IMG/VR virus record: IMGVR_UViG_3300049043_000070
Span: 64,001-128,000 of that record
Reading direction: 5' to 3' (one strand)
DNA length: 64,000 nucleotides
Source of the DNA: a virus
Position 1 is the first letter of the stretch. Every line of letters begins with the position of its first letter. The position numbers were made by a program, and so were the translations under genes. Shown piece after piece: positions 47,627 to 60,788 of the stretch. Below the pieces are notes generated by a model that worked only from the letters and a program-made list of their open reading frames with translations, was not told the DNA's origin and did no database searches.

Positions 47627-48245
47627 GGACGTACAAGTTCTTACAGAAGAAAAAGATGGAAAAAAACTCCTATACATTGAGGGTGTTTTTCTTCAGTCTG
47701 AACTAAAGAACCGTAATGGTCGTATGTATCCGTTTGACATTCTTAACAGAGAAGTTAGCAGATATACTGAAGAATATGTAAAGACGAAAGAGACTCTTGG
47801 AGAACTTGGACATCCAGACGGACCGACTGTAAATTTGGATAGAGTATCTCACAGAATTACAGAACTACGCACAGAAGGGCACAACTTCTATGGTAAGGCA
47901 CAAATTCTTGATACTCCAATGGGAAGGATCGCAAAATCACTTTTAGAAGAAGGAGTTCAACTTGGAGTTTCTTCAAGAGGTATGGGAAGTATTGATAAGA
48001 GAGAAGATGTTGCGATTGTCCGCGATGATTTTATGTTAACTACTGCTGCTGATATTGTAGCAGATCCCTCAGCACCTGATGCTTTTGTCAATGGCATCAT
48101 GGAAGGAAAAGAATGGATTTGGGAAAACGGTATTTTAAAGGAAGCAAAACTTGATAAATATCGTAAATATATTGATGAGGCTTCAGACCGCAAATTGGAA
48201 GAGAAGGTCCTCAAAGTATTTGAAGATTTTCTCTCAAATATTTGA
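47601..48245 (+). CDS. gp21: Prohead protease gp21
   Basis: MKLITE, LYIEGVFLQ...NRNGR, GELGHP, LGVSSRGMGS, DIVADPSAPDAFV. Confidence 0.97.
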   Translation: MKLITEQIEDVQVLTEEKDGKKLLYIEGVFLQSELKNRNGRMYPFDILNREVSRYTEEYVKTKETLGELGHPDGPTVNLDRVSHRITELRTEGHNFYGKAQILDTPMGRIAKSLLEEGVQLGVSSRGMGSIDKREDVAIVRDDFMLTTAADIVADPSAPDAFVNGIMEGKEWIWENGILKEAKLDKYRKYIDEASDRKLEEKVLKVFEDFLSNI

Positions 48246-48296
48246 ATTCATAAATAATTTTAGATTAATCATAAGGAAATTAAGGGGTAAACTCAA

Positions 48297-49455
48297 ATGT
48301 CAGATATGCTAAACGAAAAGTTTGAGGAGTTTGTTGCTAAGCAAAATATTATTTCGGAAGCTGGCGATCCAATGCCAACAGTTTCCGCATCTGTGATCCC
48401 TGGTGCTGGCAGCGATCCTTCTCAGGTTTCTGACGCGCAGACTGCTAAAGCTGGCGGAAAGGATCCTATGCCAACTGTTCAACCATCAGTAGCTCCTGGT
48501 CAAAAGGCAGCAACTGATCTTGGCGGTTCATCTTCTGGTCCACTTCATAACAACAATGAAGATGGAGAAGAAAATCCTGGAGCAAAAGCAGCAGCAGGAA
48601 TTTCTCAAATTTCTGGTGACCCCCAACTAGCATCTAAGAAAGATGCTGGCGATCAAGGAACCCAACCAAAGGTTGGTGTTGAGGTTGCTTATGGAACCAA
48701 GATGGGCGGAGCAGTTACTTACCCAATCAAACCATCATTTGAAGACCTTGATGTTTCCGATGATATTAACGCCCTCCTTGAGGGAACAGAACTCTCAGAA
48801 GAGTTTGCCGAAAAAGCAAAGACAATCTTTGAAGCTGCTGTAAAGGCAAAAATTTCTGAAGAGTATGACAGACTTGTAGAATACTTTGCCAACGAACTTG
48901 ACAATCAGGTAGAAACTTTTAAAGCAGAACTATCTGAAGAAGTTAATGGCACTGTAATCTACGCCATCGGTCAGTGGATGGAAGAAAACCAAGTTGCCAT
49001 TGACCGTGGTATCAGAAATGAGATTACTGAAGACTTCATCGCAGGTCTTAAGAATCTTTTTGAAGAGCACTATATCTCTATTCCTGATGAAAAAATTGAA
49101 GTAGTAGAAGGTATGGTTGATCAAATTCGTGAGATGGAAGAGCGCCTAGACGAACAGGTTAAGGCGAACGTGAAGTTACAAAATCGCCTAAATGAGGCTG
49201 CCAAAATCAATATTCTGTCCATTGTGTCAGAAGGTCTCGCAGACACTCAGAAGGACAAACTCGCCGCACTTGCTGAGGGCATTGAATTTGTTTCTGAAGA
49301 AGATTTCTCCAAGAAAGTGAAAACTATCAAAGAGTCAGTACTTCAAAGAAACAATCACAATTCCTAGTGATGCTGCTGACGAAACCCCAGTAGAAGGTCA
49401 AGAGGTATCTCCAGTAATGGCAGCATATCTCCAAGCACTTAATCGCTGGTCATAA
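48297..49455 (+). CDS. gp22: Prohead core scaffold gp22 (indel at ~49340)
   Basis: LSEEFAEKAKTIFEAAVKAKI...; acidic coiled coil; lies before gp23; TAAATA at 48251. Confidence 0.92.
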
Positions 49456-49488
49456 TAATAAATCCAAATTTCTTTCCGGAGCAAACAA

Positions 49489-50940
49489 ATGTTTAACGCA
49501 AAAGCTCTAACAGAAAAGTGGTCACCTGTTCTAGGTCACGAAGGCGCTGGTGCCATCAAAGACAACTATAGAAAGGCTGTTACCGCTGTTCTTTTAGAAA
49601 ACACAGAAAATTCACTACGCGAAGAGCGTGGTATGATGACCGAAACCATCAATAGTGCTGGCGCCATTGGAACCAACGCACTTTCAGGTTCTGGTCTTGA
49701 CACCAAAACTGGTGGTCTAGCAGGTTTCGATCCTGTTATGATCTCCCTAATCCGCAGAGCAATGCCTAACCTCGTTGCTTATGATATCTGCGGTGTTCAA
49801 CCAATGACTGGTCCTACCGGACTAATCTTCGCAATGAAGTCACACTATCAAGCTGAGAATGACGCTAACCTCCGTGCTGGTCGTGAAGCTCTCTACAATG
49901 AGCCAGATAGCAACTTCTCTGCTTCTTCAAAAGGTCAAAGCTGATTACGACAACGATCCACTCGGAACTGATGACGTATATCCTCTTGGCGATGGTGGTA
50001 CTACCGACGCAAACCGAGGTCTTCTAAACGACGCATCTGGTGGTGGTACAACTGCTGCTAACTATGAGCGTGGCACTGCTGCTACGGCTCGTAACGTTGC
50101 CGAAACTCTTGGTTCTGGAAACACTCTCTTCAACGAGATGACTTTCAGCATTGAGAAGACTGCCGTTACTGCTAAGACCAGAGCACTCAAAGCAGAGTAC
50201 ACTCTTGAGCTAGCACAAGACCTCAAGGCAATCCACGGTCTTGACGCTGAGCAAGAGCTTGCCAATCTTCTTTCCAGCGAGATCCTTGCTGAAATCAATC
50301 GTGAGGTTGTACGTACAGTTTATACTGTTGCTAAGCAAGGTGCTCAGAACAACGTTGCTAACGCAGGTGTATTTGACCTTGACGTTGACAGCAATGGTCG
50401 CTGGTCAGTTGAGAAGTTCAAGGGTCTTATGTTCCAGGTTGAGCGCGATGCTAACGCTATTGCTCAGCAAACTCGTAGAGGAAAGGGTAACTTCATCATC
50501 ACTTCTGCTGACGTTGCTTCTGCTCTCGCAATGAGCGGAACTCTTGACTACACCTCTGGTCTAACTGGAGCTGGTGGTCCTTCAATCGGTGAAGTAGATG
50601 ACACTGGTAACCTACTTGTAGGAACCATGAACGGCAGAATTAAGGTCTATGTTGATCCTTATTCGGCAAAACGTTTCCAACACCCACTGACTGATGTTGT
50701 TGGCATACAAGGGTTCTTCGCCATATGACGCAGGACTATTCTACTGCCCATATGTTCCCCTTCAGATGCTCCGCAGCATTGACCCTAACACCTTCCAGCC
50801 AAAGATTGGCTTCAAGACCCGTTATGGTATGGTTGCTAACCCATTTGTCGTTCAGTCAAATGGTACTCCAGATGCTGAGACACTCACACATAACCGTAAC
50901 CAATACTACAGAAGAGTACGTGTTGCTAACCTGAATGTGA
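49489..50940 (+). CDS. gp23: Major capsid protein gp23 (indels at ~49940 and ~50670-50695)
   Basis: EKWSPVL, GFDPVMISLIRRAMPNL, GVQPMTGPTGLIFAM, YTLELAQDLKAIHGLDAE, FYCPYVPLQM, TFQPKIGFKTRYG. Confidence 0.98.
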
Positions 50941-50962
50941 GTTAATTCACACATTAACACAG

Positions 50963-50988
50963 GGGACCCCGAAGGGGGTCCCTTTTTT
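50963..50988 (+). terminator. Rho-independent terminator after gp23
   Basis: GGGACCCC-GAAG-GGGGTCCC then TTTTTT; late promoter TAAATA at 50991 directly behind. Confidence 0.85.
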
Positions 50989-51017
50989 ATTAAATAGTAT
51001 CAGATGTAAATAATCCA

Positions 51018-51326
51018 ATGCCAAGGGGTCGTTTATCTGAAGGTTGATATTCAAAACAAAATTTATAAATTAAAAATGTCTCTGACATAATAATGAAATT
51101 TGCTCCAATTGTTCGGAAGAAAAAAGAGCAGGAGCACAATGGATTTTAAATGAACTCTTAGATTTTATTAACGAATATCACTCCTAAAATGGAATTAGAT
51201 CAATTATACAAACAAATTATAAGAATTAAAAACGATATGCTCATGGAGGAACCTTGCCCATTATACGAACCAGAATGGGAAGATGCCTGTGAGATGCCTT
51301 TGCTTGAACGGATAAATATGGTATAA
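51018..51326 (+). CDS. Two tiny conserved hypothetical ORFs (51018-51187 and 51189-51326)
   Basis: MPRGRLS...VYKLK-like (indel-broken) and MELDQLYKQIIRIKNDMLMEEPCPLYEPEWED. Confidence 0.45.
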
Positions 51327-51340
51327 CTTGGGAAGTTGAC

Positions 51341-51859
51341 ATGTCTGCTAAATGGTATAAGGAACAACCAAGGAATAGAAATTTTCTAAATCCAATTGGT
51401 TATCTCCTGAAGTTGGAAAAATTTGAAGGAACTGATTTCTTTTGTCAAAGAGCAAATCTTCCTGATATCAATATGCCAACTATTGAATATGCGACAAGAT
51501 TTCGTAATTTACCTATCATCCCTGGAGGTGGTGTCACCTTTGGGGATTTTACAATACAATTTATTGTTGATGAAGATCTGAAAAACTACTATTCAATTCA
51601 TAAGTGGATGCGTCAAAACGGCAGAGCAGACGATGATGCTGACACTCCACCACAAGAAGAATACAGCAATGCTCAACTACACATTGTAACTTCTGCTTAC
51701 AATCCAGCATTTATCGTATCATTTGAAAATATTTTTCCAATTTCATTGTCTAGTCTAGAGTTCAATGCTACAATGACAGATGTGGAATATCTTACAGCTG
51801 AAGTTACATTTAAACATCAGAGATTTTTCATCTTGAACAAAAACATGAAACCCCTATGA
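51341..51859 (+). CDS. gp3: Tail completion / sheath stabiliser gp3
   Basis: NRNFLNPIGY, FFCQRANLPDI, FGDFTIQFIVDEDLKNY, FPISLSSLEF. Confidence 0.9.
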   Translation: MSAKWYKEQPRNRNFLNPIGYLLKLEKFEGTDFFCQRANLPDINMPTIEYATRFRNLPIIPGGGVTFGDFTIQFIVDEDLKNYYSIHKWMRQNGRADDDADTPPQEEYSNAQLHIVTSAYNPAFIVSFENIFPISLSSLEFNATMTDVEYLTAEVTFKHQRFFILNKNMKPL

Positions 51860-52329
51860 ATTTTGAAAGTCTTCGTAATAAATTTGACAAATTAAGAGAA
51901 GAATGGGCAGAAGATAGCGCAGTAGATTTTCAGTTTAAGAATAAACAGTATACCACAGATCTTGGACAACTTGCGTTGGACATCCCTTTTCAACACAATA
52001 AATACTTAAACCACTACACTGACATCTCTCAGATAAAGACTTCTTTAGAGTTTGAAATCCGAAAATTAGTAAAAGAGAAACGTGAGTATTACTCAGGCGA
52101 AGCAGACGCAAAAACTTACGCCTCTAAACCATTTGGATCCAGCATCAAGACTTCAGAAAAAATGAAAACTTATCTTGAGGCAGACGAAGATATCGTCAAT
52201 CTTGAGGCAAAGATCAAATATCTTGACCAGATGTTGTACTGGTTGGATCAGGTTATGAAGCAAATTTCAAATAGAGGTTTTCAAATCAAGAGTGCCATTG
52301 AGTGGGAAAAATTTATCAATGGACAATAA
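51856..52329 (+). CDS. uvsY: Recombination mediator UvsY
   Basis: KREYYSGEA...RGFQIKSAIEWEKF; sits between gp3 and uvsW. Confidence 0.9.
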   Translation: MNFESLRNKFDKLREEWAEDSAVDFQFKNKQYTTDLGQLALDIPFQHNKYLNHYTDISQIKTSLEFEIRKLVKEKREYYSGEADAKTYASKPFGSSIKTSEKMKTYLEADEDIVNLEAKIKYLDQMLYWLDQVMKQISNRGFQIKSAIEWEKFINGQ

Positions 52330-53797
52330 TGACCATCCTTTCTGTTAAGAAGAAAAACGAAGTATATGTAACCATTCAATCCGAGGAGCTTCATGTTCAT
52401 ATGGAGACTTCTCGGATTATTTTACATTTGAAGTTCCCGAAGCAAAGTTTTTGAAGAAAAATCCACGTTACAAATACTGGATGGAACTATTCGTCTGTAC
52501 TCTCCTGGTACTGGCGAACTGTATGGTGGTCTAATGAAGCACCTACAAATATGGGCAGAAGAGCGTCAATATACCATACGATATGAAAAGAATGATTGGT
52601 ATGGAGATGTTGAGGAAATTAACGATTTTGTTTCTCTTGCTGGCATTAAAACCTTTATGGATAAAATCACCAGAGAAGGAATTAAACCAAGAGACTATCA
52701 ATATACTGCTGTTTATGAAGCAATAAAAAACAATCGTAAATTACTTCTTTCTCTACGGGTTCTGGAAAATCCTTGATGATCTATTCCCTCGTCAGATACT
52801 ATACTGCTACCAACAAGCAAACGTTGATCATCGTCCCTACTACGTCCCTCGTAGAACAGATGGTCAATGATTTTAAAGATTATGGGTGGAATGCGGATGA
52901 TTACGTTCATAAGATTTACTCTGGTAAAGATAAGAATACTGACAAACCCATTATCATTTCAACTTGGCAATCAATCTATAAGTTTCCCAAAAGATACTTT
53001 GATGATTTTGATTGTGTAATTGGTGATGAAGCTCACTTGTTTAAGTCTAAATCATTAACTGGTATTATGACAAAACTTCATAATGCGAAATATAGATTCG
53101 GTTTTACCGGAACCCTTGATGGCAGTAAAACACATAAATGGGTTTTGGAAGGTTTGTTTGGTGATTGTGAGCGTGTTACGAAGACAGATGATCTTATCCG
53201 TGATGGATATCTATCTAAATTTAGGATTAAAATATTATTATGTAAACACAGTCCGCAATATTTTGAAAACTATCATGATGAAATTGATTATTTGGTATCG
53301 CATAAAGGTAGAAATAATCTAATTAAAAATCTTATAAAAGATATTGAAGGTAATACTCTTGTGCTGTACAACTATATTGAGAAGCATGGTGAACCACTTT
53401 TTGATTTAATAAATAAGACAGTTGATCCGTCACGAAAAATATTTTTTGTCCATGGCGGAACAGATGTAGAGGATAGAGAGCAAGTCAGACAAATTACCGA
53501 GAATGAAAATAACGCTGTAATTATTGCTTCATACGGAACTTCTCTACTGGGATTAACATCAAAAGATTACACAATATTATTTTTGCTTCCCCTAGCAAAT
53601 CAAGAATTAGAAACCTCCAATCAATTGGTAGAGTTTTACGAAAAGGAGAAGGAAAAGATATGGCAACACTCTATGATATTGCTGATGATATTGGTGGTCA
53701 AAATTATACCCTTAAACATCTCAACGAAAGAGTTAATATTTACAATGAAGAAAACTTTAAGTATGAGGTAATCAAAATAAATTTACGCGCAAATTAA
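52329..53797 (+). CDS. uvsW: SF2 DNA helicase UvsW (indel-broken)
   Basis: KKKNEVY, PRDYQ, degraded SPTxSGKS, IIVPTTSLVEQM, IGDEAHLFK, GFTGTL, ASYGT. Confidence 0.93.
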
Positions 53798-53799
53798 AT

Positions 53800-54199
53800 A
53801 TGGAAGAAGAATTTTATGCAACCATTAAATTAGTATCTGGTGAGGAAATTATTTCAAAAGTTTGTTATATGCCAGAAGAGGATAAACTCCTATTGGATAA
53901 ACCTCTATTAGTGGAGACAGCAAAACAAAAGAAAGGACAATTAGAAGTTACTGGATTTATTCTTAAAGAATGGGTATCAGCAACTTTTGATCAAATGTTT
54001 GTGGTTCGTAGAGATCATATTTTAACAATGTCTGAAATTGAAGACTTCAATTTTAGACTTCTACGAAAAGAGCCTAAACAGATTTAACACAGGAAAAAGC
54101 TTTGTTGATGGATCTAATAAACTTCCCAGAAGATCCGGATACCTAGGATCAATAAAAGAAATGAAAAAATCTTTAGAAGATATCTATAAAAAAAGTTAA
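53800..54199 (+). CDS. Conserved hypothetical protein, Sm-like fold (indel near 54050)
   Basis: MEEEFYATIKLVSGEEIISKV; conserved position between uvsW and gp55. Confidence 0.65.
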
Positions 54200-54267
54200 A
54201 AGCCTTAATTCCCTTGAACCCTTAACAGAGTTATTGTACTGAGTTTTTGAGGTTGTGTCAGGCCCCC

Positions 54268-54296
54268 TTTACAATTGACCAACGTAATGCTATACT
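54268..54296 (+). promoter_or_regulatory. Host sigma70-type promoter for gp55
   Basis: TTTACA (54268-73), 17-nt spacer, extended -10 TG-c-TATACT (54288-96). Confidence 0.6.
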
Positions 54297-54320
54297 TGAT
54301 ACAGATAATGTGAGAAACCC

Positions 54321-54824
54321 GTGATTACAGCAGTAATGACAAAGAAAAAAACAGAGAACTACGTTAATAATAAAGAGTTTCTTGCTGCGATCAGTGAATA
54401 TCGCTTGAAGGTTATTGCTGCGCGAGAAACAGGCAAACCTCGCCCGAGTAACAAACTACTTGGGGGAATGTTTCTTAAAGATTGCTACTCATCTATCTTA
54501 TAAACCAAATTTCGTCAATTACATGTTCCGCGAGGATATGATTTGTGACGGAATTGAAAATTGCTTACAGTATATTGATAACTTTGATCCAGAGAAATCA
54601 ACCAATCCGTTTGCTTATTTCACACAGATTATTTACTACGCATTCCTTCGTCGTATTCAGAAGAGAAGAAACAGCTTGAGATCAAAGGAAAGATCCTTGA
54701 GCGTTCAGGATATGACGAAGTAATGCACACTGACACATTTGATGGTACAATGTCTGGTATGAACGCATCTTACTCAGATATGGGAACGATCAAAGAAAGT
54801 ATTGAAACACGAATGAACCGATGA
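54321..54824 (+). CDS. gp55: Late-transcription sigma factor gp55 (indel-broken)
   Basis: NYVNNKEFL, YLGECFLKIATHLSYKPNFVNYMFREDMICDGIENC, NPFAYFTQIIYYAFLRRIQ. Confidence 0.95.
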
Positions 54825-55033
54825 GTGATTATGAATGGATTGACGAATGTTTCCGTGTGGAACAGAAACGCTTTGGAACTTGGTCTAGCTACGATAAAGA
54901 AGGTAAGGGCATCCTCACCACACTTGATAAGGAACACCTTATTGATGCGACCCGTTGGTATTTACGAGCAAAACAAGAAGGGTTCTCTGAACCAACTATT
55001 CAATACGATGGAACTGTTGGAGGAAAGTTATGA
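54821..55033 (+). CDS. Small conserved cyanophage hypothetical protein
   Basis: IDECFRVEQKRFGTWSSYDKEGK...TRWYLRAKQEG; ATGA overlaps at both ends. Confidence 0.7.
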   Translation: MSDYEWIDECFRVEQKRFGTWSSYDKEGKGILTTLDKEHLIDATRWYLRAKQEGFSEPTIQYDGTVGGKL

Positions 55034-56074
55034 AGAGTAGCTCTGATTACTGACCAGCACCTTGGATGGGCGCAAAGGATCTCTAGCATTTTGGAATTTC
55101 TTTCAGAGGTTCTATGATGAGGTATTCTTTCCTACCCTAGAGAAAAAAGGTGTTACCCATGTAATTGATCTTGGTGATACCTTTGACAATCGTAAGTCAA
55201 TGGACTTCAACACTTTTTACCGTGTCAAGACAAACTATTTTGATAAACTCCAAGCCTTATAAAGTACATATGCTTTTGGGTAATCATTGTACTTATTATA
55301 AGAATACCAATCGCATCAATTCACCTGAACTCCTACTGGAGCAATATTCAAACATCAGCATTTATGCTTCACCAAAGCATCTTACATTAGGTAGTAAAAA
55401 GTTCCTGATGTTGCCTTGGATAAACACGGAGAACCGTGATGAGGTCTTGAAGCTACTTTTGAAACCTCTGATGCTGATATTTGTTGTGGTCATTTGGAAC
55501 TTGATGGATTTGAAGTTACACCTGGCATGACTATGGATCATGGAATGGATCCTAAGTTATTCCATCGTTTCCATCGTGTATGGTCTGGACATTTCCATCA
55601 CCGTTCACGGAAAGGAAACATTCAGTATCTTGGCAATCCTTATCAAATGTATTGGAATGATTATAAGGACACCCGTGGATTTCATATTTACGATACTCAA
55701 AGTGATAACTGGAGTATATCCATAACCCGTTTGAGATCTTTGAAAAGATCATCTACGACGACAGCAAAGAAGACTACAACAAACATGATGTGTCTAGTTA
55801 TAAAGACAAGTACATCAAGATCGTTGTTGACGAAAAGAAAGACTATCAAATGTTTGAAACGTTGGTTGATCGTCTTTACAACGTAGGTGTCCACGACGTA
55901 AAGATTGTTGAAAATTTGGTTGGTGAAGACAACAAAGAAGACATTGAAATGTCCGCAAAAGATACATTGACACTTCTAAATGAATACATTGATGAAGTAG
56001 AAATGTCCGTCAGCAAGTCAGATCTCAAGAACTTGATGAGGTCTCTATATATTGAGAGTTGTAACGTTGTCTAA
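55030..56074 (+). CDS. gp47: Recombination endonuclease subunit gp47 (SbcD/Mre11-like), indel-broken
   Basis: ITDQH, IDLGDTFDNRK, LGNH, SGHFHH, YLGNPYQMYWND. Confidence 0.93.
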
Positions 56075-56075
56075 T

Positions 56076-56340
56076 ATGTTCATCGTAACTTTGGAAGATC
56101 ACCCTGATGGCGTATACTCTGTCTTTGACGATGCTGAGGACAGAGTTATCCCTATCTTTCAAGAAGAAGATGACGCAGAGCCGTTACTTAATGATGTTAG
56201 AAGAAGACCAAGACTATCCGCCCATGCAGATCGTTGAGGTTGACGACCATGTTATAATAGGAGCATGTCAAGAGCGTGGACATAGGTTTACGATCATTAC
56301 TCCTGATGATTTTTTGATACCACCTGATGATTTAGAATGA
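56076..56340 (+). CDS. DUF3110-like hypothetical protein (one indel)
   Basis: GVYSV...VIPIFQEEDDA-x-RY..ML...C...G..F-x-IITPDDFLIPP. Confidence 0.6.
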
Positions 56341-58069
56341 TTATCTTTCAAAAAGATCCGCTGGCGCAACTTTCTCAGCTACAGGCAACGTCTTTAGTGA
56401 AGTTGATTTGGAAGCGAGCTAAAACCAATTTGATCGTTGGCACCAACGGAGCAGGTAAGAGCACCATTCTGGATGCGCTTACCTTTTCTCTGTTTGGCAA
56501 ACCATTTCGTAAGATCAACAAACCTTTGCTGGTCAACAGCATCAACGAAAAGGATTGCCTGACTGAGATTGAATTCAGTATTGGTCGTAATGAATACAAA
56601 GTTATTCGTGGTATCAAACCTAACAAGTTTGAGATCTATTGTGATGGTCAGATCTGGAACCAGAGAGCACAGTTGTAGATCAGCAAAAGAACTTTGAGCA
56701 GAATGTTCTAAAGTTGAATTACAAATCATTCACTCAGATTGTGGTGCTGGGATCTTCCACGTTTGTTCCTTTCATGCGTCTGCCTCTGGCACAACGTCGT
56801 GAGATTATTGAAGACATTTTGGACATTCAAGTATTCTCTACAATGAATGTATTGCTCAAGGATAAAGTCCGAGAGAATAATGAAGATATCAAGAATTTGG
56901 ACTATCAACTTCATCTTCTGGACGAAAAGATTGAACTTCAAAAGAACTATATGTTTGAATTGGAGAAGAAGACCAAGGAAGAGATCACCCGTAAGGAAAA
57001 TAAGATTGCTGAATTGTTAGAAGATGAAAACACACAGCACCATGAGATAGAGCGTCTGACTTCTGAAGTTGAAAAACATTCTATAGAAATGGAAGCACTA
57101 TCAAATTCTTCATCCAAGTTGAAGAAGATGAACACTTTTCTCTTCAAAATCCAATCAAAACTTTCATCTTGTCAGAAAGAACATTCTTTCTTTACTGATA
57201 ATCATGTCTGTCCTACCTGTACACAAGACCTAAGTGAAGAGTTTAGACAGAGTAAGATTGCTGAAGGTGAAGGCGAATTGAATAATTTACAGACTGGTAT
57301 TCAAGATCTGCTCGATGCTATCTCAAAAGAAGAGAGAACGAGAAAATGAATTCGCAAGACTATCAAAAGTTATACTTGGCTTCAACTCTTCTATTACTCA
57401 AGCGAATTATCAGATTACTTCCTTACAGAAAACAATCGGTGATATAGAAACTGAGATCAAAGAACTGGAAGGAACCAACCCAGACAAGAAAGCAGAGTTC
57501 GTCAAACTTGAAGGACTTGTTACGAATAAAAAAGATTTGAGCAAGACCTTTGCCGAATACGAGAAAGATCGTGATACACTATTAGTTGCCTCTCAACTTC
57601 TCAAAGATAACGGGATCAAAACCAGGATCATCAAGACATACCTGCCTGCGATGAACCAACTGATCAATCAGTATCTACAACGTATGGATTTCTATGTGAA
57701 CTTTACGTTGACAGAGAACTTTGAAGAGACCATCAAATCTAGATATCGGGATGTGTTTTCATATGATAGTTTTAGCGAAGGAGAAGAAACTAGAATTGAT
57801 ATTGCTTTGCTGCTTACTTGGAGAGTATTGCTAAGCTCAAGAATTCTGTGGATACTAACCTCTTGATCCTAGATGAGATCTTTGATAGTTCACTGGATCA
57901 GCAAGGTGGTAGTGATCTGGGTTGGATCCTTCGTAACTTTGACGATAAAACAAATGTTTATGTGATCAGTCACAGAGAACAACTGGATGGGAAGTTTGAT
58001 AGAACACTAACAGCGGTGAAGGAAAAGAACTTCTCCGTGATCCAAGAGACAGTTTCCGAACTGGACTAG
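56337..58069 (+). CDS. gp46: Recombination endonuclease subunit gp46 (SbcC/Rad50-like), indel-broken
   Basis: Walker A GTNGAGKST, Zn hook CPTC, signature FSEGE, LILDEIFDSSLD, ISH. Confidence 0.95.
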
Positions 58070-58126
58070 GGGTGCCTCCAAGGGGGTGCCCCTTTGCTAT
58101 GCTTACCACATCAGCAAAAGAGACCG

Positions 58127-60282
58127 ATGACCCGCCAAGAAATCAAGGGCAACCTTGCCCGCCTGCTAGCTACCGAGAACCTCGTTGTAGAGCACCGTAA
58201 TTGCCCTACAGCGTGCTTCAACGTTGAGACCCGTGTGCTTACCCTCCCGAACTGGGATCGTGCTTCTGGCACCGTATACGATATGCTGGTGGGTCATGAG
58301 GTGGGACACGCTCTGTTTACCCCTAACGAAGACTGGACTGCGAAAGTCAGATTGTCCCAAAGACTTCATCAACGTGGTAGAAGATGCCCGTATTGAGAAA
58401 CTGATGAAGCGTAAGTATCCTGGTCTGCGTAAGTCGTTTGCTGGTGGTTATCAAGAACTGAACGCTAAGGATTTCTTTGATATTGCTGGTGACGACCTCT
58501 CTACCTATAGCTTGATTGACCGTATCAACCTTCACTTCAAGGTTGGTGCTAGTGCTTTCATTCCCTTTGCTGATAATGAGCAAGTGTTCGTCACTCGGAC
58601 GGATGAGGCAGAGACCTTTGATGAGGTGCTCCAGATTGCTGTTGATATCTACAACTTCAGCAAGCAAGAGAAAGAGATGGAGCAATTGGATGCTAATGTT
58701 GGACTTGAGCAAACTACTCAAGGTGGGGGTGGTATGACCCAATCTGGGGGTGATAATGAAACTGAAGGTGATGCTGACGAAGACCAACCTTCCAGCAATT
58801 CTGATCAAGAGTGTCAGCAGACTGGTTCTCCTACTCAACCGAAAGGTGAGGATGGTGATAGTGCTGGTGATGAAGGTGATGACGAGAGTTCCCAAACTCA
58901 AGATGCCTTTGATCGTGCTGCTGAACGTCTGACGAATACCTTTGCTGGCAATAACACCATCTATGTTGAGATCCCCGATAACGTAGTCCTAGAGGATTAT
59001 GTTGCTGACTGGACTGAAGTTCATGCTTGGATTGATGAGCAGCGTGAAGCTAATGAACAGATGCTTGCTAACGCTTATCGTGAAGTAGATAATGATTACG
59101 CTTCTTTCCGTAAACAGTCTCAGAAAGAAGTGAACTATCTGGTGAAAGAGTTTGAGTGTCGCAAATCTGCTGATGCTTATGCTCGTGCTGGTCAATCCAA
59201 GACTGGTGTGTTGGATACTTCCAAGCTTCACACTTATCTTTACAACGAAGACATCTTCAAGAAAGTCACAGTCCTTCCTGATGGTAAAAATCATGGTCTT
59301 CTGTTTCTGCTTGATTGGTCTGGCTCTATGCAGCGTGAGATCTTTGCTACTGTCAAACAACTCCTGAACCTTACTGCCTTCTGTAAGAAAGTTCAGATCC
59401 CGTTTGAAGTGTATGCGTTCACGAACGATTACTTCCCTGTTCGTCGTATCAAAGAAGGTAAGTCTCAGTATGTTTCTAACGATGAATACTTTGCTGCCAA
59501 CGGTTGTCATGATGGTAAGATCTACCTTCAGAAAGGTATGTTTCATTTGATGAACTTTATTTCGTCTCGCTCTAACGGTAAAGACTACGAACGTATGTGC
59601 CGTAATCTATATCGTGAGGCATACACTTACACTTACCACACTTACTATGGTGCCACTACTGGTCTGGGTTTGTCTGGCACTCCTTTGAATGAAGGTATCG
59701 TGATGCTCAATTACATCATCCCCCAGTTCAAAAAGAAGAACGATCTTCAGAAAGTGAACGTCTGTATTCTTTCTGACGGCGAAGCTTGCCAAACTGCCTA
59801 TGGTCATAAGATGTATGATGAATACAGGGATCGCAACTATATTCGCCCTCGTCGTTTGGATAGTGGCGCGGTTCTTCGTGACCGTCAGACCTGGCCGTGT
59901 TTACAAATCATTTGAGGGTTGGGATAACAACACCAACACTTTTATTCAACAGGTTCGTGACCGTAACCCTGGCGTGAATGTGCTTGGTTTCCGTATTCTT
60001 TCTGGTTCTCAACTGTCTAACTTTGTCAGTTCCTATGCTGACCTTGCTTATTACGGTGAAGTCCAGAAACAGTGGCGAAAAGACAAGTCCGCTATTCTTC
60101 CTCACCCGAAAGCATTTACTGCTCTGTATGCTATTGCTAACAGCTCTCTTGAAGAGAATGCTACGTTTAGTGTAGAGGATGGTGCTAACAAAGCAGATAT
60201 CACCAAAGCATTCAAAAAGATGCTAAACTCTAAGACCGCCAACAAAAAACTTCTCAATTCTTTCGTGGAGTATGTCGCATGA
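58127..60282 (+). CDS. CobT-like vWA protein with an N-terminal HExxH metallopeptidase-like domain (indels)
   Basis: HEVGHALFT, VVEDARIEK, acidic linker, MIDAS motif LLDWSGSM...GTPLNE...ILSDG. Confidence 0.8.
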
Positions 60283-60788
60283 ATATCTTTGTCACCTCGC
60301 CATTTCCTGCCGAGAGTGCCATTTGTTTACCTGACAAACATATTGTGAAGATGCCACTTGAGTGCTGCCAGATGTTATCCATCGTGGCATCCAAGTGGTA
60401 TCACAATTATGGACCAATTCATAAAGCAGACGGTGTAGCATACCGCACAGAGAAAGGTGCGTTTCGTAATCACCCATGTACAAAATGGGCAGCAGAAACT
60501 ATAGATAATGCCTACTGGTTGATCAAGTGGGGTATGAACTTGTGTGATGAATACTCTGTTCGTTATGGCAAGTTTCATTTTTGCTATAATACTTTGCTGG
60601 AAGCATATTACCTTTTCCCCAAAGGTAAGATTACAAACGTAACTCCATTTGCTAGAGCTATGCCAGATGAATACAAATATGATACGAGCATCACTACGTT
60701 TGATGCTTACAAAATGTATATCGCTAGTAGACCCTCGGTCTCAAGCAACTACCTCCGTATGCCAGTTCGCAAACCGTCCTGGGTCTGA
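60279..60788 (+). CDS. Pyrimidine-dimer DNA glycosylase-like (DenV-related) protein
   Basis: MNIF...PDKHIVKMPLECCQMLS...NHPCTKW...PFARAMPDEYK. Confidence 0.7.
   Translation: MNIFVTSPFPAESAICLPDKHIVKMPLECCQMLSIVASKWYHNYGPIHKADGVAYRTEKGAFRNHPCTKWAAETIDNAYWLIKWGMNLCDEYSVRYGKFHFCYNTLLEAYYLFPKGKITNVTPFARAMPDEYKYDTSITTFDAYKMYIASRPSVSSNYLRMPVRKPSWV

Noticed and set aside
40865-50940. Intron or intein in gp17, gp18, gp20 or gp23
   Set aside because: Stitched lengths match typical cyanophage proteins; breaks are only a few nt with no inserted element.
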